DNA of 64,000 bases, taken from Alloascoidea hylecoeti. Lineage: Eukaryota. This document shows positions 12,628 to 22,611 of the stretch, in pieces. The stretch's first letter is position 1. Each line of letters starts with the position of its first letter. The position numbers and the translations under genes are program-made. Under the pieces are notes generated by a model. The model searched no databases. It worked only from the letters and a program-made list of their open reading frames with translations, and was not told the origin of the DNA. Location of the stretch: positions 1,211,389 to 1,275,388 of the forward strand of contig BCKZ01000001.1 of assembly GCA_001600815.1 (NCBI GenBank), read 5' to 3'.

Positions 12628-13917
12628 CATTGTATCTTATCGGTGAAGTAATCTTTTATAAGCTTATAAATGAATTATATACGTATTTAAGACTTATCTC
12701 TCTAGGTGATATATTATTATAAGTTATTGTTTGGTGTCATAAGGTCTAATAACTAATTTTTCATTAGACACTTTATTTTCTTTGGATAATAAGTACCCTT
12801 CATTGAGTGAATTCAATCCATTTGGAAGTACCTTAATAGGAATATGTTGAATTAATCCCTTATTAACAGCTTCAGCAACAACCGGTTGAGCACGTCTCAC
12901 AAATTCGGAAATTTCTGGGTTGGAAACCAGACCAGGTCCTCCCATAGAGTAAAAAGGATCACCAGATGAAAAATATGCTAAAGTTTGTGTAACTTTGACA
13001 TTTGGTTTAAGGTTTTTAATGTCATCAGATTTAAATCCTAATAAATTATCAAAAATAACAGGTTTTGTTGAAGAAACAGAATCATGAGTTGCTTGAATAG
13101 TGTTTGCCAATGAAATTGAATCTAAAGCATACACTATATCCTCCCCACCGATAGCTTTAATCTGGTTAACAACATCAGGATCACGATAATCAACAACAAA
13201 ATCTGCTCCTAATTCCTTCAATTCAGCATGATTTTTCTTAGATGATGTTGTAATGATCTTCCATCCAATAAGCTTACCAAATTGAACTGCAATCTGTCCT
13301 GTTGACGAAGCACCTCCCCAAATAAGTAGATATTTCTCTGATTCTTCCGCTTTGGTTTTACTTAATCCAAATGATCCTCCCATATTATGAAATAAACTGA
13401 TTAGAATAGTTACTAAAGAAACTCCTAATGAAGAAGNACCTTCAAAAGTTGTCGGAATACCTCTTGGAATATTATCGGATTCGGATCTATTCAGGCTATT
13501 CAATTTAAAAAATAGATGAGATTTAACAATTGCATATTGCGCAAAGGCTCCATTATGTGGNCCTGCTTTATTTGAACCATGTACAAACCCAACTCCAGCA
13601 TCACCAACCGAGATATTAGTAACTTCAGAACCAATTTTAACTGCAACACCAGCTAGATCGCAACCTGTGATGGCACCAGGTGCTCCATATAAGCCATAAA
13701 AGAGATGTTTCCAGTCTGTAGGGTTAATTGCAGCAGCTTCGATCTTAACAAGGACCTCATTTGGTTTTATGGATGGGACTGGGACTTCTTTAATAACGAG
13801 GGAATCAGTTCCTGTCACAGCGGCAGTCTGTTTTGATGGAATTGACATTTGGGTATATTTGATTTTCAATTGAAGATGAACGTAAAAAGAAGATTTGCAG
13901 CGAAACTTAGTCTTTTA
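12628..13917 (-). repeat. Left arm of 1290-bp inverted repeat (partner 19052..20341)
   Basis: Reverse complement of 19052..20341. Endpoints, N positions and mismatches all mirror (coordinate sum 32969). Confidence 0.97.
12724..13848 (-). CDS. Zinc-independent MDR-family enoyl/aldehyde reductase (YNL134C-like), copy 1
   Basis: Motifs INPTDWKH, GCDLAG, GAFAQY, LIWGGASSTG and KVSNEKLV. First ATG at 13848 (MSIPSKQ). Confidence 0.92.
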   Translation of the reverse strand: MSIPSKQTAAVTGTDSLVIKEVPVPSIKPNEVLVKIEAAAINPTDWKHLFYGLYGAPGAITGCDLAGVAVKIGSEVTNISVGDAGVGFVHGSNKAXPHNGAFAQYAIVKSHLFFKLNSLNRSESDNIPRGIPTTFEGXSSLGVSLVTILISLFHNMGGSFGLSKTKAEESEKYLLIWGGASSTGQIAVQFGKLIGWKIITTSSKKNHAELKELGADFVVDYRDPDVVNQIKAIGGEDIVYALDSISLANTIQATHDSVSSTKPVIFDNLLGFKSDDIKNLKPNVKVTQTLAYFSSGDPFYSMGGPGLVSNPEISEFVRRAQPVVAEAVNKGLIQHIPIKVLPNGLNSLNEGYLLSKENKVSNEKLVIRPYDTKQ

Positions 13918-14813
13918 TATACGGTATAACTGCTATAATATATTATTTAAAGAATTAGGATAAGTTTGAAGAAGTAAGTATACAACACCATATAAACTCA
14001 GATTATTATATTCCCAATAAGCTATGTTAACGAAGTTTGATCAGCCAAATGGAGATATCGTGGTAATTAGTTAACTATGTATAAATCAATATTATTGTCT
14101 CCATATAATTAATATATTAGTTAAATTCTGCCAGACAATTTAAAGCTCAAGGTGCTTTCAATTGTAATAGTTAGCTAGATTGGTTTCAAGAACGACATCA
14201 GGCTCTTAGATAATTATTAGTCAGACAGCACAATAAAAGAATTATACGGCGAATAAATGTTGCGAAGATAATATTATGTAGACTCCAAGTGTCGATTTCA
14301 GATTATATTTCTGCACTACTAAATGTAATTTCGTGGCTTCGTAGTACACTAGATATTTCCGTTTGATACAACATAATTATAAATCAAGTCTATTATATTA
14401 ATCATAACGTCTTTTGGTTTTATATTTCTTTTAAAGTTAGTACACATGTACCTATATTGTCTGATGATTCTTATTGATCCTAACTAAAAGCATAATGTAC
14501 AAATATATATAAATCTCCAACTTAAGGAAAAAACATCCATAGAAGATTGGTTTCAAAAAGATCACAATTGAAATTATACTATTATATTCAATTCACGATC
14601 AATATTTAGCATGAGCTTGTGATCAGCGTATTCAATGAATATCTACATATAAGTACTATACATGCCAGTCTTTCCACTTGTTAATAAAGCTAATTAATTC
14701 CCAGACGTAACGATAATTATTTTCGAAAATAGCGTTATTAATAGGTAGAAAGACTGTACTCTGATGAAAAATCAAATACATACATCGTTAAAACTTTATT
14801 ACTATTTATACAT

Positions 14814-14842
14814 CATACATATACATATACATATACATATAC
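14814..14842. repeat. (CATATA)n microsatellite
   Basis: About 4-5 units, downstream of the orphan ORF stop. Confidence 0.7.
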
Positions 14843-14913
14843 AAACAGATTAAAATATCTAAAAATTCAATTCCAATTCGAATCACTATTTCGATACAAA
14901 GTTCCGTTTATAA

Positions 14914-15891
14914 TTATAAAATTAAACCTGTATAACTTTCTGCCATTCCCCAGTCAATGCTATCAAAGTTATTGCTTAAAACCCCTTGAATAAAACCCGT
15001 AGGAAACCCAAAATGCACATTTAAGAAATCGCACATCACCTTTTCATCATCCTTCTTTAACCCATTTAAATATAATGTTTTTAAAACGGATTCGATTTCA
15101 CTGGCCTCAAATGTTAAATCATCATTATTCGAGGACTTGTAAATATTGACATTGGATAATGGAGCTGCAGCCGAAAGCCAAGTGAATGTTCTAGCTGTAG
15201 ATTGATTTGGAGGATAGGACCCTGGCGCTTTTCCTGATGGTGATCTGGTTGGTGGACCACTTGTAACAATTGGTGCCGCCCGGGCAGGTGAGGCTTTAGT
15301 TGGGATAGGAACCGCTGGATCAGCCTTCGCTGGTTTGGCGCTTAAAATACATTGAAGTTTTATATGGAGCCCGTTATCATGCTCCACTAATAGGGCTACT
15401 TTCTTGGGTTTGGTCAAAATTTTGAGCTGACTGTGTAAATCAAAAATCATTTTTCTCACACGAAGCTGTTGTGGTAATGTTAATGTTAACCCCATCATGG
15501 AATTACTATCCAATTGCAACTTATTGTTAAACTTTCCTAAACCTGAGGGAAATGGTGTGGCTAGAGTTGGCTTCTCTGTATTGGTGGGAGTAAGAGTTGC
15601 TAAAGTGTTATCAGCATGACCATAGCTAGACGTCTCGGCGACAATCAAATTGTACGCACCTGGAGTACAGTTAACACCATGGACCATTTCAAATGAGATA
15701 AATGCGGATGTTATAGATCCAAATATTAGGTTTATTGGGGTTGAAGTTTTTATCTTAATAAAATTAAACATGAATAAATGCGAAAACTTTAAGAATGAAA
15801 GGGGACTAAGCTGGTTCTCACATAATATAATTTCCTGTTTTGCTTTTGTGTTTTTTAAAAATAGTATGGAAGGTAGTACAACTAATCCCAA
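14914..15891 (-). CDS. Orphan ORF, up to 325 codons, with a central Pro/Ala-rich linker; start uncertain
   Basis: A ~1 kb open frame is unlikely by chance in this AT-rich DNA. The track start is TTG; the first ATG is ~40 codons in (MFNFIKIK). No family recognised. Confidence 0.55.
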   Translation of the reverse strand: MGLVVLPSILFLKNTKAKQEIILCENQLSPLSFLKFSHLFMFNFIKIKTSTPINLIFGSITSAFISFEMVHGVNCTPGAYNLIVAETSSYGHADNTLATLTPTNTEKPTLATPFPSGLGKFNNKLQLDSNSMMGLTLTLPQQLRVRKMIFDLHSQLKILTKPKKVALLVEHDNGLHIKLQCILSAKPAKADPAVPIPTKASPARAAPIVTSGPPTRSPSGKAPGSYPPNQSTARTFTWLSAAAPLSNVNIYKSSNNDDLTFEASEIESVLKTLYLNGLKKDDEKVMCDFLNVHFGFPTGFIQGVLSNNFDSIDWGMAESYTGLIL

Positions 15892-16065
15892 TTGGGGAAT
15901 AACGGCATTAATGGATATACATAGTGATACTTCGTGTGATTTGTGTTATATTTTGTGTAATTGTAAACGAAAAGTAAAAGTAATATTATTTGAGTTAAAA
16001 TATCCAGTTTAACGATTGTTAATACTGTGTTAATATACTATTGTATATTTAAACAATTGAGGACC

Positions 16066-16415
16066 TGTTGGTGACCTTATAATTAAAGTGATATCAAAGA
16101 TAACTACTAATTATAAACTAAAAACTTGAAAAACAAAAGAAAGAAAGGAAAGAAAGAAAAAATATTTATATAACCAAAAAGGACTTACCCTGAATTCAGC
16201 TAAAATAAAGCTAAATTCTCAAAGGATCAATACACACACAGTCATTTCACTTACTGTTGGGTATTAAGTTTTGTTAGATTCTATATTAAGCAAGGAATAA
16301 TATTTAGAAGTTACTATATAGTTAGCCATTTTCCCACTTGTTTTGACAAGACAGATATATATACAATAATATAAACAGATAATAACTAAGTTTCAAAGAT
16401 GTCAGATATCAAACA
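16066..16415 (+). mobile_element. Putative 5' LTR of a Ty1/copia element
   Basis: Starts TGTTGG and ends AAACA directly before TGGTAGCGGCG. The gag ATG lies inside its 3' end, as in Ty1. The left boundary is uncertain (alternative TGTTGG at 16255). Confidence 0.55.
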
Positions 16416-16426
16416 TGGTAGCGGCG
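16416..16426 (+). other. Primer-binding site, tRNA-iMet type
   Basis: TGGTAGCGGCG directly after CA. It is complementary to a tRNA 3' end CGCCGCUACCA (U72, A73, CCA) and close to the Ty1 PBS TGGTAGCGCC. Confidence 0.75.
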
Positions 16427-17239
16427 CTGGTATTGCAAGCACATCTAGTGTAGGTGCGGCAATTTCAACAGAAACGATCCGAGCTTTGCCCAAATTAGTG
16501 ATGGGAAAGAACAACGCATCCTTTGAACGATGGGATTATGCTGTAACGTCGACNTTACGGAGATATGGTCTGGCTAAATATATCTCGATGACAGAAGGAG
16601 CAGCTTTTTATGAGGATAATGGAAAGCTAAAGAAAACACTGTCGGAAAGAGAAGTTCTAGAGCATGACAATGTGATGACTATTTTGCTGGGATCAACAGC
16701 GGTCGATCTACAGGTCTACATTGATGTTAGAAAAGGTGCTTTAACAAGTTATGTGAACTTGAAGAAGGTATTTCACTACCAAAAGTCGGTACCTATTTGG
16801 TTAAGAGAGATCACCAGTTTAAGATTTGATGGTGATGAGACTATTATGAAATTTGTGACTAAATTTCAAAAATATTTGCGAGATCTTGAGAGTGGCGGAT
16901 TAGAAATGAGCGATGAGATTGCTGATTCACTCTTATTAAGTACATTATCAGGTCCTTATGAAAGAATCACCGATGATCTGATTAACAGTAATAATGGTAA
17001 GGATTATTCAGATATCCTAAATAGGATGTTAAATATTGAAGAGTCAATAAAAGATAAAGATACAGTTGTGATTGGAAAGGTCAATACACAACATAATGCA
17101 AATCCAAATCGTGGAAGAAATAATAATAATCGTGGTGGTTATAAAAATAATAATTATAGGGGTAATTATAACCAAAGAAAAGAACCACGTAAATGCTATA
17201 AATGTAATTCTTTAGATCATATTTATTGGAATTGTTGTG

Positions 17240-17271
17240 TGTGCTTGCAATACCAGCGCCGCTACCATGTT
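17240..17271 (-). repeat. Perfect 32-bp inverted copy of 16412..16443 (LTR end + PBS + gag start)
   Basis: TGTGCTTGCAATACCAGCGCCGCTACCATGTT is the exact reverse complement of AACATGGTAGCGGCGCTGGTATTGCAAGCACA. Confidence 0.97.
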
Positions 17272-17551
17272 AAAGTTCAAAGTGCCTGTTCTCCCAGTTG
17301 CGCCAAAAAGCCAATCGACTCTTTAGTGAACTGTTCTAAGAGTGTAATATATATCCAACATACTTTCGGGCTTTCTGATCTGGCTATGCATATTTGTATC
17401 TTTATAGTAAGTTTATACCATACTAACTATCGGACACTCCTAGAACTAATTTTCGGACGGGTTTGGTTCCTGAAGTTGCTCTATGTCCCTGCATATTAAC
17501 GGATCATATCGGTGATAGCCCGTCCTAAGTATGATACTCGTTAATATTTCA
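17268..17551 (-). mobile_element. Putative second, dissimilar LTR in opposite orientation
   Basis: On the minus strand it ends ...CTTTAACA directly before the second PBS, with TATATAT ~80 bp upstream of that end. A TG start is possible at 17551 but this boundary is uncertain. Confidence 0.45.
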
Positions 17552-19051
17552 TCAATCCAAATTTAAAAGGCGTAAGGAAAATTAATAAGTATTCAGATAT
17601 TCTCTTATGGGTTAATTATATTTTTATGTAGCTACATGATGAAAATTTAATATCTATTTGATATATGGTTAGCTGAATAACTATAATATTTGTTCGGAAC
17701 CGAACTGGATACCTCTTTTGTATCTGGTGACATCGTTAAACAATAATTATTATCTATATATTAATATATATATATCTATTCTATAAAAACAAGTAAAAAT
17801 TACTGACTATATAGTAAGTACTAAACCTTAAGCCTCATTTTATAACTGATCACGACAAATTTTAATAAAGACAATCTAATCATTTATATCTAACAATATT
17901 GTAAAGTGAAAAATAAAAACTAGAATAGAATCTCCGAAATTGGCTTGATCAAGCGTATAATCATAGAGTATGTACAGTTTTTTCTGTTAAATTCTACAAA
18001 TATTTTTGATAGTTTAAGTTTGGTGAGCAAAAACGAATAATCACTAGTTATATATATGAAATTGCCTGTAAGAATATAGCAGTTTTATAGCTGAAGAATT
18101 ACTTGTATTAGAAAGAGAGGAAACTACTTACTATTTATATGATAGCTATAAAATGCTTAAATTTTACAAAAAATTTAAAGAAAGGTGGGAAGGCTGAAAA
18201 TAATTCCACATAAGTGTATGTAACATAAGAAGAAGAAAAAGGGGTTTCACAAGTGAAGAATAATACAGATTAAGGCTAAGAATAAGATAATTCTAAAATC
18301 GGAAAATATAAGGTACCAATACATATATCTTTTAAACTTGAATTTTTTTGAACTCTTCTTTCGCCATTAGCAATACACCTAGTTTTCTTTCGAGTTGAGT
18401 TTCCATTGAGATTGTTAGTATAAATATTAGAAGAAACAATTCTATCCCCTTTTCCAAAACCGTTGGTGATATTATTAGAGTTGGATTTTAAAAGCTCCAT
18501 GGCCAAATATGGTAGTAAAAGGGATAAACTGATATAGAATTGATTCCGCGACCGTGAACATCAAATCATCAGTATTTAATTATATTAAGTGATCCTAAAT
18601 GCGAAATGAAACTGTTTCTTGTGGCTCTGAGTAGAAATGTATACAAACTATCTAAAAATGCAGTGAACTTTTTATCTACTGTTTTCTTTTCTTTTGCTCA
18701 ATTAATATTGCATTTTGTGATACATAGCACTATTCGTACAAATACATCAAAGTTATAGTATACTACCCAGAAACACCAAACATCTAACAATCATCTTCGC
18801 CCGTAATTATAATTTAGTTTTCTAGATATTTCGTCTTTTCTTAACTGAATATAAACAACTCAGCGCGTAATTATTCGGAACCTACAAACCCTGAGGATAT
18901 AAATATGTTGAAAGTACAATCCGAAAACTCCGTTTATTTAACAAAAAATAAAAAAAATAGAAAAACTTATGAATATTAATTTAAATGGTGTTATGCTATA
19001 TTACAAATCATATAATATGGGAAATTGTAATTAGTAATCAAATTTATTACT

Positions 19052-20341
19052 TAAAAGACCAAGTTTCGCTGCAAATCTTCTTTTTACGTTCATCTTCAAT
19101 TGAAAATCAAATATACCCAAATGTCAATTCCATCAAAACAGACTGCCGCTGTGACAGGAACTGATTCCCTCGTTATTAAAGAAGTCCCAGTCCCATCCAT
19201 AAAACCAAATGAGGTCCTTGTTAAGATCGAAGCTGCTGCAATTAACCCTACAGACTGGAAACATCTCTTTTATGGCTTATATGGAGCACCTGGTGCCATC
19301 ACAGGTTGCGATCTAGCTGGTGTTGCAGTTAAAATTGGTTCTGAAGTTACTAATATCTCGGTTGGTGATGCTGGAGTTGGGTTTGTACATGGTTCAAATA
19401 AAGCAGGNCCACATAATGGAGCCTTTGCGCAATATGCAATTGTTAAATCTCATCTATTTTTTAAATTGAATAGCCTGAATAGATCCGAATCCGATAATAT
19501 TCCAAGAGGTATTCCGACAACTTTTGAAGGTNCTTCTTCATTAGGAGTTTCTTTAGTAACTATTCTAATCAGTTTATTTCATAATATGGGAGGATCATTT
19601 GGATTAAGTAAAACCAAAGCGGAAGAATCAGAGAAATATCTACTTATTTGGGGAGGTGCTTCGTCAACAGGACAGATTGCAGTTCAATTTGGTAAGCTTA
19701 TTGGATGGAAGATCATTACAACAGCATCTAAGAAAAATCATGCTGAATTGAAGGAATTAGGAGCAGATTTTGTTGTTGATTATCGTGATCCTGATGTTGT
19801 TAACCAGATTAAAGCTATCGGTGGGGAGGATATAGTGTATGCTTTAGATTCAATTTCATTGGCAAACACTATTCAAGCAACTCATGATTCTGTTTCTTCA
19901 ACAAAACCTGTTATTTTTGATAATTTATTAGGATTTAAATCTGATGACATTAAAAACCTTAAACCAAATGTCAAAGTTACACAAACTTTAGCATATTTTT
20001 CATCTGGTGATCCTTTTTACTCTATGGGAGGACCTGGTCTGGTTTCCAACCCAGAAATTTCCGAATTTGTGAGACGTGCTCAACCGGTTGTTGCTGAAGC
20101 TGTTAATAAGGGATTAATTCAACATATTCCTATTAAGGTACTTCCAAATGGATTGAATTCACTCAATGAAGGGTACTTATTATCCAAAGAAAATAAAGTG
20201 TCTAATGAAAAATTAGTTATTAGACCTTATGACACCAAACAATAACTTATAATAATATATCACCTAGAGAGATAAGTCTTAAATACGTATATAATTCATT
20301 TATAAGCTTATAAAAGATTACTTCACCGATAAGATACAATG
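19052..20341 (+). repeat. Right arm of 1290-bp inverted repeat
   Basis: Mirror of 12628..13917. Confidence 0.97.
19121..20245 (+). CDS. MDR-family enoyl/aldehyde reductase, copy 2
   Basis: Protein identical to copy 1 except TTAS versus TTSS, with two N-containing codons at the same positions in both copies. Confidence 0.92.
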   Translation: MSIPSKQTAAVTGTDSLVIKEVPVPSIKPNEVLVKIEAAAINPTDWKHLFYGLYGAPGAITGCDLAGVAVKIGSEVTNISVGDAGVGFVHGSNKAXPHNGAFAQYAIVKSHLFFKLNSLNRSESDNIPRGIPTTFEGXSSLGVSLVTILISLFHNMGGSFGLSKTKAEESEKYLLIWGGASSTGQIAVQFGKLIGWKIITTASKKNHAELKELGADFVVDYRDPDVVNQIKAIGGEDIVYALDSISLANTIQATHDSVSSTKPVIFDNLLGFKSDDIKNLKPNVKVTQTLAYFSSGDPFYSMGGPGLVSNPEISEFVRRAQPVVAEAVNKGLIQHIPIKVLPNGLNSLNEGYLLSKENKVSNEKLVIRPYDTKQ

Positions 20342-20475
20342 TAAATGCTTCGGTGTAACAAATATAAAGATAAAAATGGAGAAAATTTAAGTAGAAAAAG
20401 GTGCTTTAGCGCTGATGATACTCTCAGCCAAACGAAATAATGGTAACCCTCAGAATATAACGAGATCCGGCGGGT

Positions 20476-20493
20476 GGGGGGGGGGGGGGGGGG
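20476..20493 (+). repeat. Poly-G tract (G18)
   Basis: Direct reading; preceded by GGCGGGT. Confidence 0.9.
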
Positions 20494-21104
20494 AAATATT
20501 ACGAAGGCCAGGCTATGCCTCTGAACAAAAATATAACTCTTAACTATTTTGAGAATAACTTAAATGTCTTGTCGAGTACTCAGTAACTAGTTATAATCTT
20601 GCTATTATTATGTGACTACTAAATTCTAAACGAAAATGTATTAAAGAAATAAATACAAATAATATTGAATTTGACCAACAGTATAGGCTAGATATAACTA
20701 TATAACTATGATAATGAAGATAAAAATGACAATAAAGATGAAAATAAAAAAGTTGGAATTAGTGATGATTATATAATTTCAAATGAAAGAAGATACAATT
20801 GTAAAAACATAAAAATAAAGCATGGCCTAGGGTTCCTATTCTTTTATCGGATATAAATGATGATAGGTTTAAATTACAACCACTTATGTTATGTCATTTC
20901 ATTAAGCATTTTGATATATACTATTAAACTAATTTATTAAAAAACGAACGATTAAATATGTACTATTTATTTATATAGGGTAATGCATAATTTTCCAAAA
21001 TGTGCTCTCAATTGTAAATAAAAATGAAAAAAAAAACAATATATAATCATATTGTGATGATGATGTAGAAGAAGTTGAAGATAAAGAATGCTACGATGAT
21101 GAAA

Positions 21105-22070
21105 TTATAAATGCCATTGTCTATTTTCAGTTAAAAAACCATTCTCAATTTCTTTATCTTCATTTAAATTTAAAATTAAATTTTTACCTTTTTCTTTAAC
21201 AATACCAAATTTAATTAATCTTGGATAATATAATTCATAAAGTGGTAAGAAATCATTAATTTTTGAAATAACCTTCTCATCATTACCATCATCTTCTTCA
21301 TTAATTTGTTGTTGTGGTTGAAATTGTTTAGTATATTTTTGTGATAATTTCCAATTATAAATATAATTTAATTTAATTGGATTTAAATCAATGAATAAAT
21401 CAATAAAATTCCAAATTTCATCATACGGTTTTAATGAATCATTTAATAACATTAAATCACTTGGTTTTAAATTTAATTTATTAACAATACTTTGATTATC
21501 ATGACTTGCATCATCATAAAAATTAATTAATGTATCAACATTTAAAGATTTAAAACCAAGGATTTTACCAGTTATAATAACAACATCTAATGGTTGTTTT
21601 GGTAAAGTTTTATAAATTTTTGACCATTGAGAAACTGGTAATCTATCACCTTTACCATTATAAGCTTTAGTATTATAACGTGGGATTAATAATTCTTTAT
21701 CAGTATTATAAGAATCATTCCAAGAATTAATTTTTTCTAAAATTGTTTTTAAAAATTTTAAATCATGTGTACCAGGCAATCCTCTTTTAACTAATTTTTT
21801 TTTATCATTTGGATATTTATCTTCTAATTTTAAAAGATCTAAATAACCTAATGTAAAATCATCTAAAGAAAATTCAATAGTATTAAATTTTTTAATTGTT
21901 AATTGTTGAACTAAAGTTGTTGAAAGACTTGTTTTGTCGGATGCTTGTGGCCCAGAAATACCAATAATCAGTGGTTTATTTACATAATTTTTAGATTTAT
22001 TTGAATTGATTGTTGTAAGGTATGGTTGAAGGAAGGAAAGGGTTGTATTTATGAGTTGTTCGGTAGCCAT
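21105..22070 (-). CDS. TDA10/YGR205W-like P-loop kinase-family protein with altered Walker A
   Basis: PLIIGISGPQASDKT, SLDDF, RGLPGTHD, IPRY...GKGDRLP and YIYNW match the family pattern. Confidence 0.8.
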   Translation of the reverse strand: MATEQLINTTLSFLQPYLTTINSNKSKNYVNKPLIIGISGPQASDKTSLSTTLVQQLTIKKFNTIEFSLDDFTLGYLDLLKLEDKYPNDKKKLVKRGLPGTHDLKFLKTILEKINSWNDSYNTDKELLIPRYNTKAYNGKGDRLPVSQWSKIYKTLPKQPLDVVIITGKILGFKSLNVDTLINFYDDASHDNQSIVNKLNLKPSDLMLLNDSLKPYDEIWNFIDLFIDLNPIKLNYIYNWKLSQKYTKQFQPQQQINEEDDGNDEKVISKINDFLPLYELYYPRLIKFGIVKEKGKNLILNLNEDKEIENGFLTENRQWHL

Positions 22071-22611
22071 TTTTAAATCCTTTGAAATATAAAGATGGTG
22101 ATAATGAAGAGAATAGAAAGAAGAAGGTCTTCTTCACAATTCACTGTTTTATACAATTAAAAGGCGTGGTCTTGGTAACATTACTCCATTATAATTAATA
22201 AATATGGCTGGCTATTTTTGTTATTATTATTATTATATTATTACGGCTGGTAGCCCAGTCAGTTAAATATTTAAATTTGTTTACTTTTCAATTTACAAAG
22301 GCAGACACACTATGGGTGTATTGGTACGAAAATAGATATATTGGAATAGTCGCTTTAGAATAAAACGATTCGCATACATCTATAATTTAATCTGTTGATC
22401 AGCACAGGGACGTTAAACATTCACAATTACTACGAAGTACAGGTGTAATTATCCAACGAATTAAATTGTACGGTTTTGTGAATTATATTAGTATTTTGAA
22501 GATTTCACTATTTAGGGAATTTATAGCATTGTCATATTGTCATATTAATATTTTACTCAAAAAAAAAAAAAAAAGAACTATATAAACATATTTATAAACA
22601 TATGTATATAA

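Larger units (their letters stand above)
16399..17499 (+). mobile_element. Ty1/copia Gag ORF without pol; Gag similarity ends at ~17235
   Basis: Copia Gag N-terminal pattern (KL..KNNASFERW...L..YGLAKYI), a UBN2-like segment (IMKFVTKF...L...G..MSDE...LL..L...Y), an N/R/G-rich linker, and the CX2CX4HX4C knuckle CYKCNSLDHIYWNC. No protease, integrase or RT follows. Confidence 0.88.

Noticed and set aside
16066..17551. Intact autonomous LTR retrotransposon
   Set aside because: No pol, no direct-repeat second LTR, and no matching 5-bp target duplication at the candidate ends.
18276..18506. 76-aa ORF inside the inverted repeat
   Set aside because: Short, with no recognisable motif; cannot be told from chance or a relic.
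19052..20341. MDR copy 2 as a retrocopy
   Set aside because: The duplicated unit includes part of the TATA box, and I saw no poly-A tail or target-site duplication.
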